A stretch of DNA of 64,000 nucleotides from an uncultured Acidobacteriaceae bacterium. Its GTDB lineage: Bacteria; Acidobacteriota; Terriglobia; Terriglobales; Acidobacteriaceae. Position numbers and translations under genes: made by a program. Location: contig CAWHUU010000003.1 of NCBI GenBank assembly GCA_963832645.1, positions 2,615 to 66,614 of the forward strand, in the 5' to 3' direction. The notes below the pieces were generated by a model. The model was not told the origin of the DNA. It ran no database searches and saw only the letters and a program-made list of their open reading frames with translations. Of the stretch, positions 21,496 through 31,195 are shown piece after piece; within the stretch, counting starts at the first letter, position 1; every line of letters starts with the position of its first letter.

Positions 21496-22041
21496 ATGGC
21501 TACCACGACTGATCAGGGACTCGAGGTTCTCTATTCGCGCCAGCAGATTGCCGACCGCGTTGCTGAAATGGGTGTTCAAATCACCAATGACCTGAATGGC
21601 GAAAAACTTGTGATGATTGGCGTCCTTAAAGGCGCCGCACCGTTTCTTGCCGATCTGTCGAGGGCCATCCAGGTGGACGCAACATTCGATTTTGTCGCTG
21701 TTTCAAGCTACGGCAAGGGTCAGCGCTCTTCCGGAGCGGTAAAGCTGATCAAGGATCTTGACCACTCGATCGAGGGCAAGAACGTGCTGGTAGTCGAGGA
21801 TATTCTGGACACCGGACTGACGCTCGCGTATCTGCGGAAGCTGTTTCTGCAGCAGCATCCCAAGACACTGCGCATCGCTACGCTGCTGGACAAGCCGTCG
21901 CGGCGCATCGAGAAGATCAATGCGGACTACGTAGGCTTTTCCATCCCCAACCTTTTCGTGATTGGCTATGGGATGGATTACGCGGAACGATACCGCAACC
22001 TGCCCGATATTTGCCTGATGCCTCCCGGTGAGCCCGATTAG
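21496..22041 (+). CDS. hpt: Hypoxanthine phosphoribosyltransferase
   Basis: GVLKGA, VLVVEDILDTGLT, FVIGYGMDYAERYRNLP. Confidence 0.95.
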   Translation: MATTTDQGLEVLYSRQQIADRVAEMGVQITNDLNGEKLVMIGVLKGAAPFLADLSRAIQVDATFDFVAVSSYGKGQRSSGAVKLIKDLDHSIEGKNVLVVEDILDTGLTLAYLRKLFLQQHPKTLRIATLLDKPSRRIEKINADYVGFSIPNLFVIGYGMDYAERYRNLPDICLMPPGEPD

Positions 22042-22304
22042 CGTCTAACCAGATTGAGGCCGGCGCAGAACAACCGGCTTTCCGAGCAAGATAGGCCGAA
22101 GGTTGTATTGACCGATGGGCTGAGAGTGCGGCATTCCATTAGAGAGGCCGCAACAGCCGCTCACCGGTCGGAATGAGCATTTGCCACCATTCCGGCGAAT
22201 CGCGTCTGATCTCGCGCCTTGGCGCTTTGCGAAGGCAGGTTTTATACTCGTTTGCCGGAGCATGACAGGCAATATTGGACTTAACCCATTTAAAAGGGAG
22301 CACG

Positions 22305-23060
22305 TTGGGCGCAATTAAGCCAATTGATCGATCAGAGCTGGAGTTTAACCACGGCACCTTTGATTCGGCAGCGTTTTACGCGCTGGCATTGTCGAGTTCC
22401 GAGACGCTTGCCTCGGTTATTGATTCCGCATTGCTGAGCTCCGGAGCCACACAGGACAAGGTGGAGCGGCTCTGCAGCGATGCCGTGCAGTTCCGTTTTG
22501 CGAGCGTCCTGGTTCAGCCCATATGGGTTCCCACGGCTGTGAGAGTTCTGGCAGGCACGGGTATTCCTGTTGGGGTTGTACTGGGATTCCCTTTGGGGGC
22601 GTCGCTTACCTCAACTCTGCGGCATGAGGCCGCGGCGCTGCTTCGGTTGGGAGCGCGTGAGCTGGATATGGTTGCGCCGATCGGGCAGCTTAAGAGTGGG
22701 AATCGCCACGGCGTGGAACATGCCATATCCACCGTTGCGAGTGTCGCGCATCATCACGGCACAACACTTAAAGTGATTCTTGAAACATCACTGCTTACCG
22801 TGCAGGAAAAATTGGCAATTGCCGAGCTTGCAATCCAGGCTGGTGCGGACTATATCAAGACATCCACCGGCTTTGGAACAAACGACGATACGGTAGCGGA
22901 CGTAGCCATTATGCGCGGAGTTGCAGGGGCACGGTGTGGTGTTTGTGCGGCTGGAGGCGTAAGGACGCTGGCTGCGGTGAAGAGCCTACTGGAGGCCGGA
23001 GCCGATCACATCGGCACGTCGGCGGCAGTTTCAATCATGCGGGAATTTGGCGCCAGGTAA
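22305..23060 (+). CDS. deoC: Deoxyribose-phosphate aldolase homolog with degenerate active site
   Basis: GFPLG, ELDMV, KVILET, IKTSTGF retained; TTG start after AAGGGAG. Several conserved residues are replaced (see findings). Confidence 0.75.
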   Translation: MGAIKPIDRSELEFNHGTFDSAAFYALALSSSETLASVIDSALLSSGATQDKVERLCSDAVQFRFASVLVQPIWVPTAVRVLAGTGIPVGVVLGFPLGASLTSTLRHEAAALLRLGARELDMVAPIGQLKSGNRHGVEHAISTVASVAHHHGTTLKVILETSLLTVQEKLAIAELAIQAGADYIKTSTGFGTNDDTVADVAIMRGVAGARCGVCAAGGVRTLAAVKSLLEAGADHIGTSAAVSIMREFGAR

Positions 23061-23089
23061 CGACCAAAGCCTCCTGCCCTTTCCAGGTC

Positions 23090-23116
23090 TGAACCGGTTT
23101 GCAATGAATCTCGTAC
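23090..23116 (+). promoter_or_regulatory. ECF sigma-type promoter upstream of the GAF-SpoIIE gene
   Basis: TGAACC-N16-CGTAC. Confidence 0.5.
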
Positions 23117-23236
23117 CCTGAGTGAGCAACACCATTCCAGCAATAATTTGAGGACGCCAAGACGGGACGACGATGGCCCGGATTTTTCCTCGAAAGTGGT
23201 TTGCCTTCGCTGGGTTATGATTGCCTTCGATACCTC

Positions 23237-25045
23237 ATGGAAGAAAATCAGCAACCTCCCCATCACGGATCTGAATTCGAGGGCGATTACCGCCCCGCCG
23301 CATCATCGCGTCTGGATGCAAGCCCGCGGGTAGAGCCTGCGGATGTGGCTTATTTGATGAAGCTGACGGACGCGCTTAATACCACGCTCGACCTGCAAAC
23401 TCTCTTGAACAGGACGTCGGAGCTGGTGCGTGCAATTATTCATTACCGAATCTTTGCCATTTTCCTGCTGAACGACCGCACCCGCGAGCTGCGGATGCGT
23501 TTCCAGATTGGCCATTCTCCCCAGGTGGAACGGATCCGGCTGCCAGTCGGCAAGGGGGTTGCGGGGCAGGTTGCGCTCACACGCCATCCGATTCTTTTGA
23601 ACGATGTGAAGTCAGCGGATTATTACATCGATGCCAATCCGGAAGTGAAATCGGAGCTCGCGGTCCCTCTGATCGCCAAAAACCGGCTGATCGGCGTGAT
23701 GGACCTGGAGAGTACGGAACCGGACTACTTTACAGAAGAGCACTTGCGCGTGCTGACTTTGACGGCGTCGCGCATTGCCCAGGCCATTGAGAACGCTCGC
23801 CTGTATGCGCGGGTCTCGCGGCAGGCGCAGACGCTTGAGGTTCAGAATGAAATCGCTGTGGAGCTGGCGTCGATTCTTGAGTTGGGGCCGCTGCTCGAGC
23901 GCGTGGGGCAGTTGCTGCGCAGGCTGATTGACTACCAGATGTTCAGCATTATGCTGCTGGACGAAAAAGGCGAGACGCTGATCACACGCTACGCGTGGAG
24001 GTTTGGCTACTCTCATGCCCCGCTCAGGCGGATTCCGGCGAATACCGGGCTGGTGGGAGCTGCGGTTCGGGAATGGCGGTTCATCAACGTTCCTGATGTG
24101 ACGAAAGATCCGCGCTACCTGCCGATGAATGAAGAGACACGCTCAGAACTGGTAGCGCCGCTGTTTTACAAGGGGCGCATTATTGGCGTTCTTGATCTGG
24201 AGCACACGAGACCACAGTTCTTTACCGAAGAACATGAGCGAATTCTGACTACGCTTGCGGCCCAGGTAGCGATTGCCATCGAGAATGCGAACCTGTACCA
24301 GGCGGTTCGCGCACAAGAACGGCAATTGGAGCGCGATATAGCCATGGCGCGCGAAGTGCAACTGCGTTTGCTGCCTGAGACTGCGCCGAAGCACAAGAAT
24401 GCCGAGATGGCGGTGCGCTTTTTGCCGGCACGAACCATCGGTGGCGATTTGTACGACTTTGTTGAGTACACAGCGGATCGCACGGCGATTGTGCTTGGCG
24501 ACGTGAGCGGCAAGGCTGCTCCGGCGGCGCTGTTTGCGGCAATGGTGAGCGGGATCATGCGGGCCGCAGCCGCACAACAGCCGGAGCCGGCGCAGATGCT
24601 GGAACTGTTGAATGAGGCACTGCAGGAGAGGAAGCTCGAATCGCAATACGTGACGATGTTGTTTGCGCTTTGGGACGATGAGAGCCGGACGCTTAAGGTT
24701 GCGAACTCCGGCGCGGTTCAGCCGGTAGCCTGCACCGGGAACAAGTCCGCGACGGTTAAGGCCGAGGGGCTCCCTTTGGGACTTTTTCCTGAGGTTTCAT
24801 ACGAGGAGATCACAGTCGCGGCGCAGCCGGGAGATGTGATCGTCTTTGCTTCAGACGGAATTACGGACGCAGAGAACGAAAAGGAAGAGATGTACGGTGA
24901 GGAGCGACTGGCCAACATGCTTTGCGCAAATCGGAATAAGCCGGCTCTCGCCATTGCCGATGCCATCCTGGAAGATGTGACGCGGTTCCAGGGGAACAAA
25001 GACCGGTTTGACGATGAGACGATCATCGTACTGCGTGTGCGGTAG
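23237..25045 (+). CDS. GAF-GAF-SpoIIE (RsbU-like PP2C) serine phosphatase
   Basis: Two GAF domains (SELAVPL, SELVAPL); GGDLYD, GDVSGK, SDGITDA, DDET. Confidence 0.9.
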   Translation: MEENQQPPHHGSEFEGDYRPAASSRLDASPRVEPADVAYLMKLTDALNTTLDLQTLLNRTSELVRAIIHYRIFAIFLLNDRTRELRMRFQIGHSPQVERIRLPVGKGVAGQVALTRHPILLNDVKSADYYIDANPEVKSELAVPLIAKNRLIGVMDLESTEPDYFTEEHLRVLTLTASRIAQAIENARLYARVSRQAQTLEVQNEIAVELASILELGPLLERVGQLLRRLIDYQMFSIMLLDEKGETLITRYAWRFGYSHAPLRRIPANTGLVGAAVREWRFINVPDVTKDPRYLPMNEETRSELVAPLFYKGRIIGVLDLEHTRPQFFTEEHERILTTLAAQVAIAIENANLYQAVRAQERQLERDIAMAREVQLRLLPETAPKHKNAEMAVRFLPARTIGGDLYDFVEYTADRTAIVLGDVSGKAAPAALFAAMVSGIMRAAAAQQPEPAQMLELLNEALQERKLESQYVTMLFALWDDESRTLKVANSGAVQPVACTGNKSATVKAEGLPLGLFPEVSYEEITVAAQPGDVIVFASDGITDAENEKEEMYGEERLANMLCANRNKPALAIADAILEDVTRFQGNKDRFDDETIIVLRVR

Positions 25046-25114
25046 GGACTGCTGAACTGACCTGACGCCGATTCGATAAACTCAAAGAGAACCGTCATCT
25101 CCCCTGGAGCACGC

Positions 25115-26416
25115 TTGGAAACCACAACACAGGAACGCGTCATACACCCGGCACGCAACATTATGGGAAGCCTGCGGCTGCCCGGTGACAAATCCATCAG
25201 CCATCGTTATGCCATGCTGGGCGCATTTGCCGAAGGCACTTCGCGCTTTAGCAATTTTTCAACGGGAGCCGATTGCGCTTCGACGCTTGGTTGCATGCAG
25301 GCGCTAGGTGCGACGGTGAAGCGCATCAGCGGCGACGCCGTGGAGATTACCGGCGTGGGTGGACATGTGACGCCGGCCGGTCATCCTCTCGATTGCGGCA
25401 ATTCTGGATCGACGATGCGAATGATGTCCGGGTTGCTTGCGCCGCAGGAAGGCCGGTTCACTATGATCGGCGACGCTTCCCTCTCAAAGCGGCCGATGGA
25501 GCGGATTCGCAAGCCACTGGAAGCGATGGGAGCGAGTGTTACGCTGACGGACGGACACGCGCCGCTCACGATCGTGGGGCGAAAGCTGAAGGCGATTGAT
25601 TTTGCGACGCCAGTGCCCAGCGCGCAGGTGAAGACCTGCATTCTGCTGGCGGGGTTGCAGACTGAAGGCACGACTACGGTTCGTGAGGCCGTTCGCACTC
25701 GCGATCACAGCGAACTGGCGTTGCGCGCATTCGGAGCCACGCTCGACCGCGATCAGGTATCGATTACGATCACCGGCCCGCAAACGTTGCACGCGATTGA
25801 AGCGACTGTTCCGGGCGATCTTTCTTCGGCAGCTTTCTTTCTGTGCGCGGCGGCGCTGTTTCCGGGATCGAATCTGGTGCTCGACGGGTTGGGCTTGAAT
25901 CCGACGCGCGCGGCGTTGCTTGATGTGCTGTCAGCGCTGGGAGCGAAGATCAAGGTATTGCACATTGAAGAAAAGCACGCGGAACTGGTGGGCACGGTGC
26001 AAATTACCGGCCCGGTGGAAGGGCTGGGATCAACGGAGATCAGCGGCGCGATTGCTGCTCAGCTTATCGACGAGCTGCCGGTTCTTGCCGCGATTGGACC
26101 TTACACGAGCGGGGGCATCCGCATTCGCGATGCGAAGGAACTGCGCGTGAAAGAGTCTGACCGTATTGCTCTGGTTGCGAAGAACCTGAAGGCGATGGGG
26201 GCGGAAGTCGCGGAGTTCGAAGACGGGCTCGACGTGCCGGGTGGGCAGAGTTTGCACGGAGCAACGATCGATTCGGGCACTGACCACCGGATTGCAATGG
26301 CATTCAGCGTGGCGGCGTTGCGAGCATCGGGCGATACGCTCGTCCAGGGTGCGGAAGCGGCTGCGATCAGTTTTCCGGAGTTTTTTGATCTGCTGGATCA
26401 GGCTGCAGAACGGTAA
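25115..26416 (+). CDS. aroA: 3-phosphoshikimate 1-carboxyvinyltransferase
   Basis: PGDKSISHR, DCGNSGSTMR, SAQVK, RDHSE, KESDRI, DHRIAMAF. Confidence 0.96.
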   Translation: METTTQERVIHPARNIMGSLRLPGDKSISHRYAMLGAFAEGTSRFSNFSTGADCASTLGCMQALGATVKRISGDAVEITGVGGHVTPAGHPLDCGNSGSTMRMMSGLLAPQEGRFTMIGDASLSKRPMERIRKPLEAMGASVTLTDGHAPLTIVGRKLKAIDFATPVPSAQVKTCILLAGLQTEGTTTVREAVRTRDHSELALRAFGATLDRDQVSITITGPQTLHAIEATVPGDLSSAAFFLCAAALFPGSNLVLDGLGLNPTRAALLDVLSALGAKIKVLHIEEKHAELVGTVQITGPVEGLGSTEISGAIAAQLIDELPVLAAIGPYTSGGIRIRDAKELRVKESDRIALVAKNLKAMGAEVAEFEDGLDVPGGQSLHGATIDSGTDHRIAMAFSVAALRASGDTLVQGAEAAAISFPEFFDLLDQAAER

Positions 26417-26437
26417 CGACAGATTCATCGCAGAGAG

Positions 26438-26465
26438 AAAAGCCCGGCGCGAAGCCGGGCTTTTT
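26438..26465. terminator. Bidirectional intrinsic terminator between aroA and tolC-like gene
   Basis: AAAAGCCCGGC-gcgaa-GCCGGGCTTTTT between convergent genes. Confidence 0.85.
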
Positions 26466-26481
26466 GGTTGGTGAACCGCAC

Positions 26482-28560
26482 TTATCTTGCGGCCGGTGGC
26501 GGAGGCGTCATGGACGGCTCCTGGCTTGGCGGCGCAGGCTGAACGCCCGGAACCTGCGGTGCGGCTTTGATGTCGCCTGAAGCAGCGTCGGGCAAGTTGA
26601 TGCCGTAATGCTGCAGCGTGGACGCGAGCACCTGATAGAGTCCTGCGCGGTCTTTTGCATACTGGGCATGGGCGGCAATCAGGTTGTATTCGGCATTGGC
26701 AAGGTTGCGCTGTTGCAGCAGGACGTTCGCCGTGGTGGAAGCGCCAAGCTTGAGCTTCTTCTCTTCGGCATCGAGGCTTTGCTGGTTGTAGTCGCGCGCT
26801 GCCATCGCCGACTGCACAGCGGCGCGATCGTTGGTGAGAGCGTACTTGGCATTCACCACCTGCATGCGAATCTGCGTGTAGAGCTGAGCCAGGCGAAGTT
26901 CGGCCTGACGGTACTCCATCAGCGAGCGCTCCTGAACCGACTGGGCAAAGCGATTGCGCAACGGAATGGTAAGGTTGAAGCCAATGCCCTTGTCGGGAGC
27001 GGTGCTGTTGAACACCCGCTGAACCGCGGTTCCGTAACCGGTTCCGCCAGTTGGACAGGTGCCGCCGCAGTAGGCAGGATTCAAGCTCTTGTTGATTTCA
27101 CCGGCAACGCCCTGGCCCATATAGTAGCCGTAGACATCGAACGTCGGCAGCAGAGCGTTACGGGCGCCCTTGAGAGTAATCTCATCGTTCTTGAGCGTCA
27201 GTACTGCCTGCTCCAGTTCCGGACGGTTCTGGAATGCAGCCTTGACCAATGCCTCAGTGTCCTCCGATTCCTCTGGAATCTCCTGCAGGCTGACGCGATC
27301 GGTCGGGATGACTGGCGCGTTCGACAAGACAGCGTCGTTAAGGTTGCGGGCGATGGCCTGTTTGATGATCTGCTGCTGATAGTTGAGCGCATTTTGAGCG
27401 CTGATGAGAGCCTGCTGGTCGCTGGCCTGCGTTGACTCTGCGTTGACGACGTCAAGTGGCGCCATGGTGCCGATCTGAAGCTGCTTCTTGTTGTCTTCCA
27501 CGAGCTGCGAGCTCTGATCGAGTGCGCGCTGCTTGGACTGCAGGTTTTCGTACGCCTGGACCAAGCCCCAATAAATTCCCTCCACCTGGTTTACGGTGTA
27601 GAGAATCTGCTGGCGGAAGGTGGCATCGGCGATGCGGCGATCATTGAGCGCCTGATACATGAAGCGCTTGTTGATCCAGATTCCTGCGCCTTGCAGGAGG
27701 TGCTGTGTTACCTGCGCATTAAAGGTCGACAGCAACTGCGGACTGTATAGAGCGACCGTATTGTTGGTTGTCGCGTAAGTGTTGTTGAACGCGACCTGAA
27801 GATTGGTGCCGGTGACGAAGCCCTGATTCAGGGTGAAATTGTATTTGTTGGTCGAACTGGTGCCCCGCTGGAAGAAGCTTGTTGCGGGAAGATGATTGCG
27901 GTCAAAGGAAACTGCGCCCGTCACGGAAGGATCGATGGACGCGGGAGTGGGACCGGCGCCACCTGTGGTGAGCGTAAGACCGCTGGTGCCCGATCCGGCA
28001 CCGCCGGAGCCGCCGGTAGTTCCGCCGGGGCCGCCACCTGTTGAGAGGGTTGCGCCGGAGTTGCCGCCGCTGAGCGTGTTGGTTACGAGACCTGAAGGCA
28101 CACCCAACGGTGCCGCTCCAGTCTTGGTGCGCAGAATATCGGTATCGGCAATGCTGAGGTCGTAGCGAGCGATCGCGAGGTCGTAGTTATTCTCAAGAGC
28201 GAGCGCGATGGCATCGGAAAGGCTGAGGTAGATCTTGCCGTCCTTGATCATGTCAGATAGCCGGACAGAATTAACAAAGCTCGCCTTGCCGATGCTGGTG
28301 GGACGGTACTTGTTAAAACTCCAGATTCCAGCGTAGGGTTTGGAAAAATCCCGGCTAGCACGATTGAGATCGAAGGGCTCAGTCGCGATGGGGGCAGGAG
28401 CCGCAGGCAGGGCCGATGCTTCCCTGTCTGGTCCATTTGAGCCGGCCGGCGTTTGCGCAATGAGGCTCGAGGGCATGCAGGAGACCAGCGTCAGCATGAC
28501 GGCCGCACATGCACGCAGCTTCGTTTCTCCCTTGTTACCCCGTGAACGTTTTGTTGCCAT
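26482..28560 (-). CDS. TolC-family outer membrane protein
   Basis: LSLSDAIALALENN, YWGLV, KQLQIGTMAPLDV, EKKLKLGAST OEP repeats; Gly/Thr/Ser-rich insertion. Confidence 0.88.
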   Translation of the reverse strand: MATKRSRGNKGETKLRACAAVMLTLVSCMPSSLIAQTPAGSNGPDREASALPAAPAPIATEPFDLNRASRDFSKPYAGIWSFNKYRPTSIGKASFVNSVRLSDMIKDGKIYLSLSDAIALALENNYDLAIARYDLSIADTDILRTKTGAAPLGVPSGLVTNTLSGGNSGATLSTGGGPGGTTGGSGGAGSGTSGLTLTTGGAGPTPASIDPSVTGAVSFDRNHLPATSFFQRGTSSTNKYNFTLNQGFVTGTNLQVAFNNTYATTNNTVALYSPQLLSTFNAQVTQHLLQGAGIWINKRFMYQALNDRRIADATFRQQILYTVNQVEGIYWGLVQAYENLQSKQRALDQSSQLVEDNKKQLQIGTMAPLDVVNAESTQASDQQALISAQNALNYQQQIIKQAIARNLNDAVLSNAPVIPTDRVSLQEIPEESEDTEALVKAAFQNRPELEQAVLTLKNDEITLKGARNALLPTFDVYGYYMGQGVAGEINKSLNPAYCGGTCPTGGTGYGTAVQRVFNSTAPDKGIGFNLTIPLRNRFAQSVQERSLMEYRQAELRLAQLYTQIRMQVVNAKYALTNDRAAVQSAMAARDYNQQSLDAEEKKLKLGASTTANVLLQQRNLANAEYNLIAAHAQYAKDRAGLYQVLASTLQHYGINLPDAASGDIKAAPQVPGVQPAPPSQEPSMTPPPPAAR

Positions 28561-28653
28561 ATGGTCTTGAACTTCAGGCGATATCAATTTTTGCCTTTCA
28601 AACGCACGAATACGGCGCAATTGCATGATTTTTCTCCACAAAGGAACGCTGAG

Positions 28654-28668
28654 GCATGTGGGGTGCCA
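28654..28668 (-). promoter_or_regulatory. Sigma-54 (-24/-12) promoter candidate for the tolC-like gene
   Basis: Minus strand TGGCAC-cccac-ATGC with correct GG-N10-GC spacing, about 95 nt upstream of ATG 28560. Confidence 0.55.
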
Positions 28669-28961
28669 TTCATGAAGACGTTCGGAAACCCCTTCCGGAC
28701 GCAATTTGTCACGCTCCAAGACGATTTTCGCGTCGGGAAGATGATTGCTTCACTCAACCATACGCAACCCCTGGCCCAATCGTTCCGTTCAGCCCATTGC
28801 ATGCCTTCTGCCGGTGCCCGTAATCCGTTATTAACCATCAGCTTTGTGAAAGTTAATAAGGGACGCCAAGACAATCACATGCAGAAGTCTGAGTATATCC
28901 CAATGACGCTGGTCTCCCCGGTGACCGGCACGGTCAGGTACCCTGTAATGCAAAGTCTCCA

Positions 28962-29789
28962 ATGTCTGAAACGGTTCCAATTTTGCCTACTCTCCAGAAC
29001 TTGAAGATTGTCGTCGCCTATGACGGCTCTGACTTTAGCGGTTGGCAGGTGCAGCCGGGCGAGAGAACGATTCAGGGGGAGATTCAGGCGGCTCTCGGGC
29101 GCGTGACCGGCGAGGGTCCCCTGCCGCAGGGCTCGGGGCGCACAGACGCGGGTGTACATGCACTTGGGCAGGTGGCAAGCTTTGCCCTGCAAGCGCCGAT
29201 TCCAGCTGATAATCTTCGGCGCGCGCTGAACCGCACCCTGCCGGACGCGATACGGATTCTTGAGGCGGAGACGGTCCCGGAGTCGTTTCATGCGCGCCAC
29301 TCCTCCACGGCAAAAACATACGAGTATCGCGTGTATCGTGAAGCAACCTGTCCGCCGTTTCTCGCGCGGTACGTTTACCCCTGCATATGGCCCTTGAATC
29401 TTGGAGATATGCAGAATGCGGCCAAACTGCTGGAAGGTGAACACGACTTCCTGAGCTTTGCGGCCACCGATCCGGACCTTGCGGCACGCAGCGAGGAAGA
29501 GGATGCGGATCAGCCGCTGAAGAGTTCCATTCGCAGAGTGTTTTCGTCAACGTGGGAAGAGCAGCGGGATGCGGCGGGAACCTTGCTTGTTTATCGCGTG
29601 CGAGGAAACGGATTTCTGCACCACATGGTGCGCAACTTTGTGGGAACGCTGATCGATGTGGGACGGGGACGGATGAAGACCGATGCAATTCCGGAGATTC
29701 TGGCCGCAAAGGCGCGTGCGGCGGCGGGACCGACCGCTCCGGCGCGTGGGCTGTTTCTGCACTCGGTGGAGTATAGCGAACGAAGTTAA
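28962..29789 (+). CDS. truA: tRNA pseudouridine(38-40) synthase
   Basis: YDGSDFSGWQ, GSGRTDAGVHA, FLHHMVR, TAPARGLFL. Confidence 0.96.
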   Translation: MSETVPILPTLQNLKIVVAYDGSDFSGWQVQPGERTIQGEIQAALGRVTGEGPLPQGSGRTDAGVHALGQVASFALQAPIPADNLRRALNRTLPDAIRILEAETVPESFHARHSSTAKTYEYRVYREATCPPFLARYVYPCIWPLNLGDMQNAAKLLEGEHDFLSFAATDPDLAARSEEEDADQPLKSSIRRVFSSTWEEQRDAAGTLLVYRVRGNGFLHHMVRNFVGTLIDVGRGRMKTDAIPEILAAKARAAAGPTAPARGLFLHSVEYSERS

Positions 29790-29894
29790 TGCAATCTGGC
29801 TGTGCACATTCGAGTCTCCGCTTGATGGTCCGCGAGAAGATTCGGGCATCGAAGTACGGTGACTCCGGTTTTGCTATAGTCTGAATCCATCTGC

Positions 29895-31154
29895 ATGGGG
29901 CTTTTTACTCGCAGTTCGTCTTACTCCCGCGTGACCGCGCTGGCGGCGCTCAGGCCGGTGCATGCGGCTTTCTCGTGGCTGCACGGAAATCCAGGAAAGA
30001 TCATGGACTGGCAGGCTGAGCTGGTGGCAATTCCCGCGCCGCCGTTTGGCGAACAGGCACGATCGGAGTGGCTGGCCGAGCGTTTCAACGAAGTTGGCCT
30101 GCGCGGTGTTGAGATTGATGCGGTGGGCAATGTAGTTGGCACGCTTGCGGCCACGCATCTGCCTGAAGAGAGCACGGGCCCGGTGATTGTTCTCTCCGCG
30201 CATCTCGATACGGTCTTTCCTGCCGGAACGCCGATCAATCCGGTACGCGATGGCGATGTACTTCGTGCGCCAGGGGCATGCGACAACGGCGCAGGCGTTG
30301 CCGGAATGCTGGCTATTGGCCATGCGCTCACGGATGCAAAGGTTGAGATGCGCGCGCCGCTGGTCTTTCTGGGCAATGTGGGCGAGGAAGGCGAGGGCGA
30401 CTTGCGCGGGGTTCGCCACTTCTACAACCAGAAAGCTCTGGCGGGCAGGATTGCCGCGCATGTGGTTCTGGATGGTGCTGGAGCCGACTCCGCAGTCACG
30501 CTGGCTCTGGGCAGCCGCCGATTTCAGGTGACGATCAACGGTCCCGGCGGGCACAGCTTTACGGATGCGGGCACGGTGAATCCGATTTTTGCGCTGGCTA
30601 CTGCGCTGGCGGAGTTGGCCGAGGTACCACTGCCTGAGGAGCCGAAGACCACGCTGAGCGTGGGCACCATTCGTGGCGGCACCAGTGTGAATTCGATTCC
30701 GGAGAGCGCAAGCGCGAATATCGATCTACGCTCGATTGATCCAGAGCAGTTATTGCGGCTGGAGGTTGCGCTGCATCGCGCGGTTGAAGATTCAGTAGCG
30801 CACTGGAACGCCCGCGGCAGAGTAGTGGCAAGCAACGGAGACAAGCCGTTGACCTTCACGATTACGAAGATTGGCGACAGGCCGGCGGGAGCGCTGCCCA
30901 ACGACTCGGCGATGTTGGATACGCTGCGCGCGATCGACAGGCATTTGCGATTGCGCACCGATCTCCGGCTGGGATCGACCGACGCCAACATTCCGTTGTC
31001 AATTGGTGTGCCCGCGCTTTCAATGGGCGCGGGAGGCGAAGGTGGAGGAGCACACACGCAGGCCGAATGGTACTCCGCTCGCGACCGAGAGACGGGACTG
31101 CGGCGCGTGCTGCTGTTTACGCTCGCGCTGGTTGACTGGGCTGCGGAGCAGTAA
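29895..31154 (+). CDS. M20/M25/M40-family metallohydrolase
   Basis: SAHLDTVF, DNGAG, GEEGEGDL, GGHS, STDAN, AHT. Confidence 0.88.
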   Translation: MGLFTRSSSYSRVTALAALRPVHAAFSWLHGNPGKIMDWQAELVAIPAPPFGEQARSEWLAERFNEVGLRGVEIDAVGNVVGTLAATHLPEESTGPVIVLSAHLDTVFPAGTPINPVRDGDVLRAPGACDNGAGVAGMLAIGHALTDAKVEMRAPLVFLGNVGEEGEGDLRGVRHFYNQKALAGRIAAHVVLDGAGADSAVTLALGSRRFQVTINGPGGHSFTDAGTVNPIFALATALAELAEVPLPEEPKTTLSVGTIRGGTSVNSIPESASANIDLRSIDPEQLLRLEVALHRAVEDSVAHWNARGRVVASNGDKPLTFTITKIGDRPAGALPNDSAMLDTLRAIDRHLRLRTDLRLGSTDANIPLSIGVPALSMGAGGEGGGAHTQAEWYSARDRETGLRRVLLFTLALVDWAAEQ

Positions 31155-31195
31155 AGCTGCGAAGCAGCCGGCACACGATCTGCTACACTCCGCGC

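Noticed and set aside
27930-28110. Repetitive GGC/ACC-rich DNA
   Set aside because: Explained by the Gly/Thr/Ser low-complexity segment of the TolC-like protein; not a repeat array.
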